From the NCBI GenBank assembly GCA_964548925.1, contig CAZJTM010000005.1:1689-65688 (forward strand): a stretch of 64,000 nucleotides of DNA. The letters run 5' to 3'. The notes beneath the pieces were generated by a model, which was not told the DNA's origin, did no database searches, and was given only the letters and a program-made list of their open reading frames with translations. How positions within the stretch are numbered: position 1 is the stretch's first letter; every line of letters begins with the position of its first letter. The translations under genes were made by a program, and so were the position numbers. Positions 20,741-30,903 of the stretch are shown piece after piece. The stretch is from an uncultured Verrucomicrobiota bacterium (GTDB lineage Bacteria; Verrucomicrobiota; Verrucomicrobiia; Limisphaerales; MWDV01).

Positions 20741-21199
20741 CTACTGAGCGGACGGACGGACTAACGCGCGTGGGTCAACCAACGAAAGCGACGGAAAAGC
20801 GCTGAAGTCGGAAGTGTTAAACGTGATCAAGTGTTCGACCGAATGGACCTGCAACACCGCCACCAATCGTGCGTCGTAGACGCGTTTGCCATGCACGGGC
20901 AGTTGCTTCACGAGGTCAAGCCAGCGCGTGAAAATACCCGGCGAATCCGGCAGTAGCGGAAATCGCTCCTGTAACTCGGCAACTTCTCTGGCCGTGAGCT
21001 CGCTGCTCCACCCGAAACCATTAACCTCCACGGGGCGAGTGGCGACCGCCCAAAATTCGATGAAATTCTGCGGCGTAAGGTAAACCTCATCGCCCTGACT
21101 GAGTAATTGGGCCAGAGCCTGGGTTGTGATGGGGTGCTGTGGCGAGGCCGGGTCCGCCAATCGCAGGACAAGATTCGTGTCGGCGAGGTAAGCGGCCAT
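20741..21199 (-). CDS. vapC: PIN-domain toxin (VapC-like)
   Basis: MAAYLADTNLVLRL (N-terminal Asp), ...NFIEFWAVATRP..., ...ITFNTSDF. ATGA overlap with the upstream small gene. Confidence 0.75.
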   Translation of the reverse strand: MAAYLADTNLVLRLADPASPQHPITTQALAQLLSQGDEVYLTPQNFIEFWAVATRPVEVNGFGWSSELTAREVAELQERFPLLPDSPGIFTRWLDLVKQLPVHGKRVYDARLVAVLQVHSVEHLITFNTSDFSAFPSLSLVDPRALVRPSAQ

Positions 21200-21429
21200 C
21201 AGTCGTAGATCGCGTCCCGTCCCACGGCCGAGTCCGGCAGACCAGGCCCACGTTCATGGTGGGCTGCCCAGCGCTTCAAGTCCGCAGCACGCTCGGCAGG
21301 TGAAAGATTGCGAGGAAACATGGCGTGGGCTTCAGCCTGCAACCGAGCGCCAAGAAACATCATCAGCTTCCGCTTCTGTTGCGGCGGTAGTTTCTCCGCC
21401 GCCTGCTCAATCTCCGCGAGCGTGCTCAT
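21199..21429 (-). CDS. Putative antitoxin partner of VapC (76 aa)
   Basis: MSTLAEIEQAAEKLPPQQKRKLMMFLGARL... Its stop overlaps the vapC start by 4 nt. The track ORF to 21624 is a probable over-extension. Confidence 0.55.
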   Translation of the reverse strand: MSTLAEIEQAAEKLPPQQKRKLMMFLGARLQAEAHAMFPRNLSPAERAADLKRWAAHHERGPGLPDSAVGRDAIYD

Positions 21430-21636
21430 GGAGCAATAGTGCTCCAGACCCACGGATGCGTCAACGCCGCTGGCTGCCCGGCAGTCGGTTGGGGCGAATC
21501 TCAGTTTATTGCAGCCCTCCACTCTCCCTTGGAATTCAGCTGTTGAGAGCCATGCTCTTGCGGGCAATTCCACCTTGTTTGCAGCGGAATCTGGAAGCCG
21601 CGCAACAAAGTGAGATGCGCCCACTCGGTTATAACC

Positions 21637-22176
21637 TCATCCGGCCGCGCGGTGCGTCTCCACCCACCGTGCGAAGAGCCACAACAGGTCGGACAGCCGG
21701 TTCAGATAGACGATGATCTCCGGGTTGGCGAGTTCGCCGGCTTCCTGGATGCCACACACGCGCCGTTCCGCGCGGCGGCAAATCGTGCGGGCGAGGTCCA
21801 GTGCCGCGGCCGCCTGCGTGGCGCCGGGCGTCGCCCAACCTTGAAACGAGACGCCTTGCGCCTCTGTTTCCGTCACCAACTTGTCCAGTTTGGCGGTCAT
21901 CTCCGGCGTGACGACGCGGAAGCCGTCCTTGCCGAAGCGGGGAAGGTCTTCCGGCGCGGTGGCCAATTCGCCCATGAGTTGCACGAGGTCCTTCTGGATG
22001 GGTTCGAGGCTGTCGCGTACGAAGGATTGCTCCGCTGCCGCGCGGGCCAGGCCGAGCGCGGCATTCAATTCATCCACGCAGCCATACGCCTCCACCCGGG
22101 GGTGGCACTTCGAGACGCGCCGGCCATACATCAAACTCGTAGAACCGGCGTCGCCGCCTTTGGTCACAATGCTCAT
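21637..22176 (-). CDS. PduO-type ATP:cob(I)alamin adenosyltransferase
   Basis: MSIVTKGGDAGSTSLMYGRRVSKCHPRVEAYGCVDELNAALG...YLNRLSDLL. Confidence 0.9.
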   Translation of the reverse strand: MSIVTKGGDAGSTSLMYGRRVSKCHPRVEAYGCVDELNAALGLARAAAEQSFVRDSLEPIQKDLVQLMGELATAPEDLPRFGKDGFRVVTPEMTAKLDKLVTETEAQGVSFQGWATPGATQAAAALDLARTICRRAERRVCGIQEAGELANPEIIVYLNRLSDLLWLFARWVETHRAAG

Positions 22177-22505
22177 AACCGGCGCAGAGAGTCGGGCGGA
22201 ACGGGCGGAAAGTCAAAGCGGACTCTCCGCCGGTGTGGACCAAGCCTGCCAGCGCAACGAAGCCACAACCACAGGGAGGCAGACGAAACGCAGAGAACGC
22301 GGAGAAGCCTCTGCCCTACGATGCTCAGCGTCCTCGACGCCTCTGCGATTCTTTGTCCGGCCAACAATTATCTGCGTGGTTGTGGCACAGGATCAAAAGG
22401 AGGACGAAGCGCTTCTTTCGAGACGGCGGTAACGAACGGAAGTCCGCTCCATGCTCCACGAAAACCAGGCAGACTCACACCCAATGCCACGAGCGTCGCC
22501 AACCG

Positions 22506-23495
22506 TCATTTCTTGGATTCAACGACGCGTTGGTAGGCGCGCACGCCTTGCACAATCGCCTTGGCGATGTCCCGCCGGTAGGCGGATTCCTGGATCTTCT
22601 TCCCTTCCACCGGATGCGACAGGAAGCCCGCCTCGATCAGGATCGCCGGCATGGTGGCGTCACGCAGCACAGCGAACCGTGCCCGGCGGACCCCCCGGTC
22701 TTCCGTGCCCGGCGTGCGCATCAGGGCTTTTTGCACCTGATAGGCGAGCAGCAGATTCTTGGCGTCGTTGCGATTGCCCAGCAACGAGCCGGTGCTGGGC
22801 CCGTCGCTGCCATCGGCGGTGGAACTGGCCCCCGCAGGGGTGAGGCAATAGACTTCCGCGCCGCGCGCCTCGTTGCGGTCGCCCTCCGTGGCGTTGAAGT
22901 GGAGGCTCAGAAAGAGGTCCGCGCCCTCCTTGCGCGCTTGGATCGGTCGCTCGGGCAAGTCCACAAAGGTGTCGTTGGTGCGGGTGAGTGTGACCTTGTA
23001 GCCGGCGCGGGAGAGCTGATCCTTGAGTTCGTAGGCGAGGGCGAGCGAGAAGCGTTTTTCCTCCTGCGACCCGATCCGGTAGCCGGGGTCCTTGCCGCCG
23101 TGCCCGGGGTCGAGGCAAATGTGGCGGATCTTCTTGGCGTGACGCGGCGGACGGAGCACCGGGGCGATGGTGGCGTCGAGATCGAGTTGTGCGAGGTAGC
23201 CCGCCCCCTCGCGATACTCGAAAGGCTTGAGCAGCCAGACCCTGACGCCGTTGATGCGCGCTTCGCGAGAATTGGCGGTGAGCACGAGTCTGGTGTCACC
23301 CTTGGCAAGTTGGAGGATTTCGTCGCGCTTGAGCCACTGGACCTGAAAACTATTGGCCTTGGCCCAGTCGCGCACGCGCACCACGGCCGGCGGGCTGGGC
23401 CGGGGCGGCGGCGTCTGCACAGCCGCCGAGCCTGGCGGCACCACTGCCGCCAGCGCCAAAGCGGCGAACCAACGCCTGCATCCAGTGCCACCCAT
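22506..23495 (-). CDS. N-acetylmuramoyl-L-alanine amidase (AmiC-like, AMIN domain + amidase_3)
   Basis: Signal peptide. ICLDPGHGGKDPGY...FLSLHFNA...RFAVLRDATMPAILIEAGFLSHP. Confidence 0.85.
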   Translation of the reverse strand: MGGTGCRRWFAALALAAVVPPGSAAVQTPPPRPSPPAVVRVRDWAKANSFQVQWLKRDEILQLAKGDTRLVLTANSREARINGVRVWLLKPFEYREGAGYLAQLDLDATIAPVLRPPRHAKKIRHICLDPGHGGKDPGYRIGSQEEKRFSLALAYELKDQLSRAGYKVTLTRTNDTFVDLPERPIQARKEGADLFLSLHFNATEGDRNEARGAEVYCLTPAGASSTADGSDGPSTGSLLGNRNDAKNLLLAYQVQKALMRTPGTEDRGVRRARFAVLRDATMPAILIEAGFLSHPVEGKKIQESAYRRDIAKAIVQGVRAYQRVVESKK

Positions 23496-23654
23496 GCGCG
23501 CGCACTGTGCCCGCCCGCCGAGTGGCGTTCAAGGCAAATGGGCGGCGCCATGAAAAAATGGTACGGCACAGCATGAAAAACCGGAAATAGAGTTGCCCGG
23601 CTGAGGGGCGTCGCCTATTTTCGCCACAGCGATTTCCACGACGAGCGAGCAAAT

Positions 23655-24944
23655 ATGAGCAACATGGCGGAACTGAACCTAGAGGGCAAAACCTACCATT
23701 TGCCGGTGATTGAAGGCAGCGAACACGAGAAAGCGGTGGACATCTCGGCGCTGCGCAGCCAGTCGGGCTACATCACGCTGGACGACGGCTACGGCAACAC
23801 GGGTTCGTGCCAGAGCAGCATCACGTTCATTGACGGCGAGAAGGGCATTCTCCGTTACCGCGGCGTGCCGATCGAGGAACTCGCCGAGCAGTCCACCTTC
23901 GTCGAAGTGGCGCATTTGCTCATCATGGGCCACCTGCCGAGCAGCGCGGAATTGCGCCGGTTCTCGGATTTGCTGACGCAAAACGAGATGTTGCACGAGG
24001 ACATGAAGTTCCACTTCGAGGGCTTCCCCACCCAAGCCCACCCGATGGCCATCCTCTCCTCGATGATCAACGCCAGCAGTTGCTACTACCCCGAACTGCT
24101 CTCCACCGGCGTCAAGGACCACTTCGACATGCTCGCGGCGCGCTTGCTCTCGCAAGTGCGGACCATCGCGGCGTTTTCCTACCGCAAGTCGCGCGGCCTG
24201 CCAATCATTTATCCCAAGCCGGAATACAAATACGCCGCGAACTTCCTTCACATGATGTTCTCGCACCCGTACCGGGACGTGGAATTGAACCCCGAGGCGG
24301 TCCGGGCGCTGGACTTGATTTTTCTGCTGCACGCAGACCACGAGCAGAACTGTTCCACGGCGACGGTGCGCATGGTGGCCTCCAGCGGCGCGAACCTGTT
24401 CGCCAGCGCGGCGGCAGGCGTGTGCGCGCTCTGGGGACCATTGCACGGCGGGGCGAACCAGGCCGTGTTGGAGATGCTGGAGGCCATCCACAAGACAGGC
24501 GATGACGGCTCAAAGTTCATTGCCGCCGCGAAGGATAAAGCCAGCGGGAAGAAACTCATGGGCTTCGGCCACCGGATTTACAAGAACTACGATCCGCGCG
24601 CCCGGATCATCAAGAGGCGTTGCGACGAGCTGCTGGCGAAGCTCAAGAAGAGCGATCCGCTGCTGGATATTGCCAAGCACCTGGAGGAAGCGGCCCTGCG
24701 GGATTCCTATTTCGTCGAGCGCAAGCTGTATCCGAACGTAGATTTCTACAGCGGCATCATCATGCGCGCCTTGGGCATCCCGGTGGAGATGTTCACGGTG
24801 ATGTTTGCCATTGGCCGGATGCCGGGCTGGATCGCGAATTATCGTGAGGTGCTCGAAGACCCGAACTCGCGCATCTACCGCCCACGCCAAATCTACACCG
24901 GGCCGACGCAGACGGCCTACGTGCCGCTCCGGCAGCGCGGGTGA
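23655..24944 (+). CDS. gltA: Citrate synthase (type II)
   Basis: [18 protein letters not shown]...[11 protein letters not shown]...[14 protein letters not shown]. Confidence 0.95.
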   Translation: MSNMAELNLEGKTYHLPVIEGSEHEKAVDISALRSQSGYITLDDGYGNTGSCQSSITFIDGEKGILRYRGVPIEELAEQSTFVEVAHLLIMGHLPSSAELRRFSDLLTQNEMLHEDMKFHFEGFPTQAHPMAILSSMINASSCYYPELLSTGVKDHFDMLAARLLSQVRTIAAFSYRKSRGLPIIYPKPEYKYAANFLHMMFSHPYRDVELNPEAVRALDLIFLLHADHEQNCSTATVRMVASSGANLFASAAAGVCALWGPLHGGANQAVLEMLEAIHKTGDDGSKFIAAAKDKASGKKLMGFGHRIYKNYDPRARIIKRRCDELLAKLKKSDPLLDIAKHLEEAALRDSYFVERKLYPNVDFYSGIIMRALGIPVEMFTVMFAIGRMPGWIANYREVLEDPNSRIYRPRQIYTGPTQTAYVPLRQRG

Positions 24945-24996
24945 ATCCCGCCCCGCCGAAGGGTCGGGAGCGTCGCCGCCGCGAAGGACGGCGGCC

Positions 24997-25263
24997 TCAA
25001 CGCGCCGCAGCAGCGGCGCCGAAGACGCCGAGGGCCAGCAGCAGGACGCCCACAACGATGCTAATTCCGAAAAGGACCACGGCGACGATACCGCAAATCT
25101 TGCCGGCCGTGGTCAGCCCCCGACCGGTAGGATCCATCTGGCCGGCATCCATCTGCTTGAGATCCCCCGAGCCCATGATCCAGGGCGCGATGCCAATCGG
25201 TTGACAGATAACCAGGCTCAAGATGCCGAGGACGAGAATGAGAATGCCACGATGAGGTTTCAT
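24997..25263 (-). CDS. Small two-TM membrane protein (DUF4190-like), 88 aa
   Basis: MKPHRGILILVLGILSLVICQPIGIAPWIMG...GKICGIVAVVLFGISIVVGVLLLALGVF. The rest of track ORF 24997-26058 is antisense to sucC. Confidence 0.55.
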   Translation of the reverse strand: MKPHRGILILVLGILSLVICQPIGIAPWIMGSGDLKQMDAGQMDPTGRGLTTAGKICGIVAVVLFGISIVVGVLLLALGVFGAAAAAR

Positions 25264-25326
25264 AGATGTTCGCAGTTGCTTTCTTGTAGGGACCACCTTT
25301 GAATTCCGCAAGCGAAATCGCCCAAC

Positions 25327-26535
25327 ATGAACATTCACGAATACCAGGCCCGCCAACTTCTCAGCCAACGTGGGGTGCCCCTCCCGCCGGAGGGCCTCTG
25401 TGAGACGGCCGAGCAGGCCCGCGCCGTGGCCACCCGCCTGCTGGCCGAAGGTGCGACCAAACTGGCGGTCAAAGCCCAGATTCACGCCGGCGGGCGCGGC
25501 AAGGGCACGTTCACCAACGGCTACCGCGGCGGCGTGAAGCTCGGGACCACGGCAGACGAGGCGTTCGAGTTTGCCAAGGCGATGCTCGGCAATGTGCTCG
25601 TGACGAAGCAGACCGGGCCAGCCGGTCGGCCGGTAAACAAGGTGTTGGTCACGCTCGCGCCAAACATCCGCAAAGAACTCTACGTGGCCGTGCTGCTCGA
25701 CCGCGCGCTGGGTTGCCCTGTCATCATGGCCAGCACCGAGGGCGGCATGGACATTGAAGAAGTGGCCGCCAAGACACCGGAAAAGATCATCAAGGAAGCC
25801 ATTGACCCCACGCTGGGATTCCAGGCGTATCAGGGACGGAAACTGGCCGTGGCGCTGGGCTTGACCGGTGATCTGCTGAACCAAGCGGTGAAGACTTTCG
25901 CCGGACTGTATCGAACTTGGTGGGAATGCGACGCGTCGCTCATCGAGATCAACCCGCTCTGTATCGTCGCCGCCCCCGACGGCAAGCTGTCTCTTATGGC
26001 TGTGGACGCCAAGATGGTGCTCGATGACAACGCGCTCTTTCGCCACCCCGACATCCAAGCGATGCGGGACCTGGCTGAGGAATCACCGCTGGAGGTCGAG
26101 GCCAGCAAGTTTTCGCTCAACTACATCAAGCTCGACGGCAACATCGCCTGCCTGGTCAACGGCGCCGGTCTTGCGATGGCCACCATGGACATCATCAAGC
26201 ATTATGGCGGCGAGCCCGCGAACTTCCTTGATGTGGGCGGCGGCGCAACCGTCGAACAGGTCACGGCAGCCTTCAAGATCATCATGCAGGACCCGAACGT
26301 GAAGGCGATCCTCGTGAACATCTTCGGCGGCATCATGGACTGCAACGTCATCGCGCAAGGCATCGTGGCCGCCGTGAAGGAGACGGGACTCAAGTTGCCG
26401 CTGGTGGTGCGCCTGGAAGGCAACAACGTCCACGCCGGCAAGCAAACGCTCGCCAACTCCGGTCTGACCATCATCAGCGGCACCACGATGGCGGATGCGG
26501 CGCAGAAGGTGGTGCAGGCCGTCACCAAGAACTAA
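25327..26535 (+). CDS. sucC: Succinyl-CoA synthetase beta subunit
   Basis: [12 protein letters not shown]...[12 protein letters not shown]...[17 protein letters not shown]...NIFGGI. Confidence 0.95.
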   Translation: MNIHEYQARQLLSQRGVPLPPEGLCETAEQARAVATRLLAEGATKLAVKAQIHAGGRGKGTFTNGYRGGVKLGTTADEAFEFAKAMLGNVLVTKQTGPAGRPVNKVLVTLAPNIRKELYVAVLLDRALGCPVIMASTEGGMDIEEVAAKTPEKIIKEAIDPTLGFQAYQGRKLAVALGLTGDLLNQAVKTFAGLYRTWWECDASLIEINPLCIVAAPDGKLSLMAVDAKMVLDDNALFRHPDIQAMRDLAEESPLEVEASKFSLNYIKLDGNIACLVNGAGLAMATMDIIKHYGGEPANFLDVGGGATVEQVTAAFKIIMQDPNVKAILVNIFGGIMDCNVIAQGIVAAVKETGLKLPLVVRLEGNNVHAGKQTLANSGLTIISGTTMADAAQKVVQAVTKN

Positions 26536-26543
26536 GCTGACCC

Positions 26544-26762
26544 ATGCTGGACGAGGTGACCTTGGCACAGATCAACGGCGCGTATGCCATGCCCGCAGAC
26601 GCCGGCCCCGCGTGGCGCGCGGCGCATGCGGCGGGCATTGACATGTCCCTGCTTGAGGCGTCGCTGAAACTGACGCCTGAAGAGCGGCTGGCGGAGCATC
26701 AACAGGTGCTTGATTTTCTTGTGGAGGTCAGGGCGGCGGGTCCAACGCATGGCACAGAATGA
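26544..26762 (+). CDS. Small hypothetical protein (72 aa), possible antitoxin-like partner
   Basis: An ORF immediately after sucC. It overlaps the next gene by 14 nt. No recognised motif. Confidence 0.4.
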   Translation: MLDEVTLAQINGAYAMPADAGPAWRAAHAAGIDMSLLEASLKLTPEERLAEHQQVLDFLVEVRAAGPTHGTE

Positions 26763-27246
26763 CCAAGCTCTACTAGTCCGACTGAAAGACAGCGGCCTGG
26801 AATTCGTGGTCGTTGGGGGAGTCTGTGTCGTTTACCATGGCGCGCCCATTGCCACGTTTGATCTCGACATCTGCTGTCCCTTTGGCGAGGAAAACGTCCG
26901 CAAGATTGAAGCTGCCGTTCAAGACCTGCATCCGTTGCACCGCTTAACCACCACCAAGCTCCCGCTGGAGGAAACCAGAAGCAGTTTTGCCACGCTGAAG
27001 AACCTGTATCTTCAAACGGATTGGGGAAAGCTGGATTGTCTGAGTGAGGTCAAGGGGATCGGGGACTATGCGGCAGTGAAGCGACAAAGCGTGGAGGCGA
27101 ACTTTGCCTTTGGCCGATTTCGATTCTTGAATTTGGACGCCTTGATCACGGCGAAGAAAGCCGTTGGTCGTGAGCACGACCTGATTGCCCTACGACACCT
27201 CCTCGCCATCAAAGAGAGAACCGGCAATCAGCAAAACCTGCTTTAG
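26749..27246 (+). CDS. Nucleotidyltransferase-fold protein (DUF6036/AbiEii-like minimal NTase)
   Basis: [33 protein letters not shown] resembles the GG...HG...T.D.D core of minimal nucleotidyltransferases. The local sequence is visibly less GC-rich than the flanks. Confidence 0.5.
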   Translation: MAQNDQALLVRLKDSGLEFVVVGGVCVVYHGAPIATFDLDICCPFGEENVRKIEAAVQDLHPLHRLTTTKLPLEETRSSFATLKNLYLQTDWGKLDCLSEVKGIGDYAAVKRQSVEANFAFGRFRFLNLDALITAKKAVGREHDLIALRHLLAIKERTGNQQNLL

Positions 27247-27287
27247 TCTCATTCGCTTGCCAGAAACCTGAAACTGCAAACTCTCCA

Positions 27288-28187
27288 ATGGCCATCCTCG
27301 TCACTCCCCACACCCGCGTCCTCGTCCAAGGCATCACCGGCAGCTTTGGTGCGCGGCACGCACAGCTTTCGCTCGACTACGGAACGCAGATCGTCGCCGG
27401 TGTCACCCCCGGCAAGGGCGGTCAGACCTTCTCCCACTGCAGCCACAAAGTGCCCATCTTCGACACCGTGGCCGAGGCCATGAAGCAAACGGGCGCCGTT
27501 GCCTCCGCCGTCTTTGTTCCGCCCGCGTTCGCCGCCGACGCCATTCTCGAAGGTGTGGACGCGGGCTTGGAACTCGTCGTCGCCATCACCGAAGGCATCC
27601 CGGTCAACGACATGCTCAAGGTGCGGCGCGCCATGACCGGCAAAGCGACCCGGCTCATCGGCCCGAATTGTCCCGGCATTGTGACGCCGGGCGAAGGCAA
27701 GAATTCTTACGGCGGCTGCCGCATTGGCATTGCGCCCGGCTACATCCACAGAAAAGGCAACATTGGCGTCGTCTCGCGCAGCGGCACGTTGACTTACGAG
27801 GCGGTCTGGCAACTGACCTGTCGCGGTGTGGGGCAGAGCACCTGCGTCGGCATCGGCGGCGATCCCGTGCCCGGCATGTCGCACCTCGATATCATCAAGC
27901 TGTTCGCGCACGACCCGGAGACGAAGGGCATCATCATGATCGGCGAGATCGGCGGCAGCGCGGAGGAAGAAGCCGCCGCGTGGATCAAGTTGCACTGCAA
28001 AAAACCGGTGGCGGGCTTCATCGCCGGCGCGACGGCGCCGCCCGGTCGCCGGATGGGCCACGCGGGCGCCATCGTCAGCGGCGGCAAGGGTACGGCGGCG
28101 GCCAAGGTCGCCGCCTTCAAGGAAGCGGGTATCGGTATCGCCGCGACGCCGAGCGAGATGGCGGAGACGTTGTTGAAGATGATGTAG
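27288..28187 (+). CDS. sucD: Succinyl-CoA synthetase alpha subunit
   Basis: [11 protein letters not shown]...GPNCPGI...SRSGTLTYE...GHAGAI (phosphohistidine loop). Confidence 0.95.
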   Translation: MAILVTPHTRVLVQGITGSFGARHAQLSLDYGTQIVAGVTPGKGGQTFSHCSHKVPIFDTVAEAMKQTGAVASAVFVPPAFAADAILEGVDAGLELVVAITEGIPVNDMLKVRRAMTGKATRLIGPNCPGIVTPGEGKNSYGGCRIGIAPGYIHRKGNIGVVSRSGTLTYEAVWQLTCRGVGQSTCVGIGGDPVPGMSHLDIIKLFAHDPETKGIIMIGEIGGSAEEEAAAWIKLHCKKPVAGFIAGATAPPGRRMGHAGAIVSGGKGTAAAKVAAFKEAGIGIAATPSEMAETLLKMM

Positions 28188-28262
28188 GGGAAACCTTGAG
28201 TCGTGGCTCGTCAACGCGGCGAACCGGTCCAACAATTCGCGGGTTAACCGTTCAGCGCTCTT

Positions 28263-29120
28263 GTGGGAAGCATTGACTTCATCCTGAATCTCGCCGGTCT
28301 GCTGCTCTGGCTGAACTGGCTTTCCATCCGGTTCGACCCGCTGGCCCGCCCGCCGGCGGCGACGCTGGTGGGCACGTTGCGCAAGGCGGGGGGCGCGCGC
28401 ACGCAACGGTGGGGGTTTATCGCCGGACTTGCGACGCTGCTCCTGGTGCGTGCGTTCTTCTATTGGGCGATTGGCCCGTCCGTCGCCTGGTCCCCCAACT
28501 TGGGCCTGGTGGGCGACATCAAGCTCTACTTCCCGGTGTCCGCGGCGGCCTTCTATCTGGGGCTGATGGCGCTCTACTCTGTGCTGAGTTTCGGAAAGGT
28601 GCTGGTGCAGTTTTACGGCTGGCTGGTGCTGCTTTCATTCCTTGGCGAGCGCGGTAGCGAAGACGATCCCTTCCTGCGCCTTGCCCGCGCGCACTTGGGG
28701 CCGGTGGCGCGCTGGCCTTGGCCCGTGCGTTTGATGCTGCCGTTGCTCGGCGTTGCGAGCGCCTGGCTGGCCCTCGGGCCGCTGCTCACTTGGCTGGAAC
28801 TCATTCCCGCAACCGCCTCCTGGCCCCATCGCCTCGAACAGGCGGCGTTGATCGGCGTCGGCGCGTATTTGCCTTGGAAGTATCTGATCGGAGGTCTGCT
28901 GGCGTTTCACATCCTCAACAGCTACGTCTATCTGGGCCGCCATCCTTTCCTGGCCTTCATCACAACCACCTCGCGCAGCCTGCTGAAGCCGCTGCGACCC
29001 ATCCCGCTGCAGTCCCGTAAAGTGGATTTCGCTCCCTTGGTGGCCGTGGCCATCGTGTTCCTGATCGCCGAATTCGCCGGGGCGGCTTTGACGCGGCTTT
29101 ACGGAGTGCTGCCGCTGTGA
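28263..29120 (+). CDS. Polytopic integral membrane protein of unknown function
   Basis: GTG start. At least 6 hydrophobic segments (LNLAGLLLWLNWL, FIAGLATLLLVRAFFYW, AAFYLGLMALYSVL...). Confidence 0.55.
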   Translation: MGSIDFILNLAGLLLWLNWLSIRFDPLARPPAATLVGTLRKAGGARTQRWGFIAGLATLLLVRAFFYWAIGPSVAWSPNLGLVGDIKLYFPVSAAAFYLGLMALYSVLSFGKVLVQFYGWLVLLSFLGERGSEDDPFLRLARAHLGPVARWPWPVRLMLPLLGVASAWLALGPLLTWLELIPATASWPHRLEQAALIGVGAYLPWKYLIGGLLAFHILNSYVYLGRHPFLAFITTTSRSLLKPLRPIPLQSRKVDFAPLVAVAIVFLIAEFAGAALTRLYGVLPL

Positions 29121-29126
29121 TGACGT

Positions 29127-30224
29127 TCAATCCGCCTCTTCCGGCAGCCGCACGGTCACGGTGGTGCCCGCGCTCGGTTGGCTCTGAATCGTGAGCGTGC
29201 CCCCGTGCATGTCCGCCAGTCGCCGGCAGATGGTCAGCCCCAAGCCCAATCCTTGCTGTTCCTGCATCTTGCGGTCGAACTGCATGTAAGCGCCGATTTT
29301 CGCGATCTGCTCCGGTGACAATCCGCGCCCCTGGTCGGTGACGGACAAGACATGAGCCCCGCCCGTTGTTTCCAAGACCACGCGCACCGGGGTGTTCGGC
29401 TTGGAGAATTTGAACGCGTTTTGCAGCAGTTCGTCCACGATCTTGGACAAGTATTCCTCCGCCATCGGAACGCGGCGGTCCTGGAGAACCAGCGTGAGAT
29501 CCGCCGCGCGGCGCATGGTTTCGGCAATCGTGTGGGCCTTGTCCTCAATCACCCGCACGGGGAATTGCGTCGCCTTCTTCCGCAGCGTGGCGGCCTTCGC
29601 CGGGTCGCTGCCGAGCAACTCCAACTGCGCGTAGATGAGGAAATTCTCGATGAGCCGCATCAGCCGCCGGCCGGACTCGCTGATGACTTGTCCCATCTCG
29701 GCGACCTCGGCGGGCTGGAGCGCCTCGGCGTCGGTGCTGAGGATTTCGCCGTAAGCGAGAATCCCGTTCAGCGGCGTGCGCAGTTCGTGGGGCAACGCCA
29801 GGCTGATGCTGTCGCGCAGGTCCGCCAGCTTGCGCTCCGCGACCCGTCGCAACTCCTGCGCCTTGCGCAACCGCGCCTCCACGGCGCCGCAAAGCTGCTC
29901 CGCCGTGAACGGCTTGGGCAGATAATCATCCGCGCCCAGTTCCATCCCGTGCCGCATGCCGGCGGGGTCGGCGTAGCCGGTCATCAGGATGAACGGAATG
30001 GCCGCCGTGGCGGGCGTCTCCCGCAACGCGGCCAGCGTCAGGTAGCCGTTCGTCTGCTGCATGTTGACGTCGCACAACACAAGGTCCGGCAGATGTTGGC
30101 GGGCCAGTTCGATGCCGCGAGTACCGTTCTCCGCTTCAATGACGCTATAGCCGCGGTTATCCAGGACGACGCTGACCATCTCCCGGAGCGCTTCTTCATC
30201 ATCAATCACGAGTATTCTTTTCAT
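29127..30224 (-). CDS. Hybrid response regulator-histidine kinase (REC-HisKA-HATPase)
   Basis: MKRILVIDDEEALREM...LPDLVLCDVNM (REC), SLALPHELRTPLNGI (H-box), DQGRGL...GLGLGLTI (G-boxes). The start is taken at MKRIL (30224). Confidence 0.85.
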   Translation of the reverse strand: MKRILVIDDEEALREMVSVVLDNRGYSVIEAENGTRGIELARQHLPDLVLCDVNMQQTNGYLTLAALRETPATAAIPFILMTGYADPAGMRHGMELGADDYLPKPFTAEQLCGAVEARLRKAQELRRVAERKLADLRDSISLALPHELRTPLNGILAYGEILSTDAEALQPAEVAEMGQVISESGRRLMRLIENFLIYAQLELLGSDPAKAATLRKKATQFPVRVIEDKAHTIAETMRRAADLTLVLQDRRVPMAEEYLSKIVDELLQNAFKFSKPNTPVRVVLETTGGAHVLSVTDQGRGLSPEQIAKIGAYMQFDRKMQEQQGLGLGLTICRRLADMHGGTLTIQSQPSAGTTVTVRLPEEAD

Positions 30225-30578
30225 CGCGCGCGAACCCACCAATCCCGGAGCAGAGCCCGAACCGGAAGCTGGGCGAACCGCGGGTTCGCGGCCCAACACC
30301 ATCTCGGTGACCGGACTCAAACAAACCTCCGTTCGCGTGGCCGGCGCGCAAACGTCGGGGCAGGCAAGTGTCGTCATTGCTCGGATCGTTTTCCGTCTCA
30401 AAGCAGGATGCTGGCCAGCAGGGGGAGTGGCGTCGCACATCAAGGGGGCGCGTGAAACCGTGTGATTTTGAGGCGGCGTCAGACGAAAGCGGACGCTCAG
30501 TGGTAACAACCCGGTGCCCAGATGGCCCACACCGCGTCCTGAATTCACCCATTGCCCTGGTCAGTTGCCTGGGCTGAC

Positions 30579-30644
30579 TCCACAGGATCCGAAGCGACCG
30601 AGGGTGACTTCGATCTCATCCCTGAACGCGTTGAATCCCTGGGA
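30579..30644. repeat. Family-1 repeat doublet
   Basis: 30579-30605 (minus-orientation unit, ~20/27 to consensus) and 30618-30644 (atccctgaacgcgttgaatccctggga), 12-nt spacer. Confidence 0.65.
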
Positions 30645-30663
30645 AATTCGGGTGGTCCTGGAA

Positions 30664-30903
30664 ATCAACGCGTCGAATCCGAATTGGAGCGGCCTCCCCA
30701 TGAACCGCGGCGTAGCGGCGTCTCGGTAGAGCGCCGCAAACGCTTGGAAGCGAGAATGGCGGCGCTCTGCCGAGAAGCAGCTACGGTTTCAAATTGCAAG
30801 GCGCGAATCCTTGGGGGAATTCTCTCTGTGAACCGCCCTGACGATGCAGTGCGATCCACCGACCGGCAGGAGCTCTGCGTGAACGATGTAAATCCTTGGA
30901 AAG
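30664..30903. repeat. Three further plus-orientation family-1 half or partial units
   Basis: 30664-30688 (aacgcgtcgaatcc...), 30794-30818 (gcgcgaatccttggggga) and 30879-30903 (tgaacgatgtaaatccttggaaa). Confidence 0.5.

Noticed and set aside
21430-21636. A possible degenerate family-1 repeat (cccttggaattcagctgttgagagcc), and the long version of the antitoxin ORF.
   Set aside because: The match needs an indel and several mismatches. The N-terminal 65 residues of the 141-aa ORF have no support, and the Met at 21429 gives a typical antitoxin size.
22177-22505. A cobalamin riboswitch upstream of the PduO-type adenosyltransferase.
   Set aside because: Reading the minus strand, I could not find the B12-box or the conserved GGGAA/GCCACTG-type elements. 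The region does contain a fragment resembling the family-2 repeat.
24975-24995. A bidirectional terminator hairpin (gccgccg-cgaagga-cggcggc) between convergent gltA and the small membrane gene.
   Set aside because: The stem is only 7 bp, with no flanking U-tract on either strand. It ends 2 nt before the minus-strand stop codon. It is too weak to call.
24997-26058. A 353-aa minus-strand ORF.
   Set aside because: Only the last 88 codons (from Met at 25263) look like a real small membrane protein. The remainder is antisense to sucC.
30579-30903. Possible CRISPR array, because of repeated ~27-nt units.
   Set aside because: The units are in mixed orientation, degenerate (16-22 of 27 matches) and irregularly spaced (12 to ~100 nt). 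No cas genes are present, and the same units occur as isolated doublets elsewhere.
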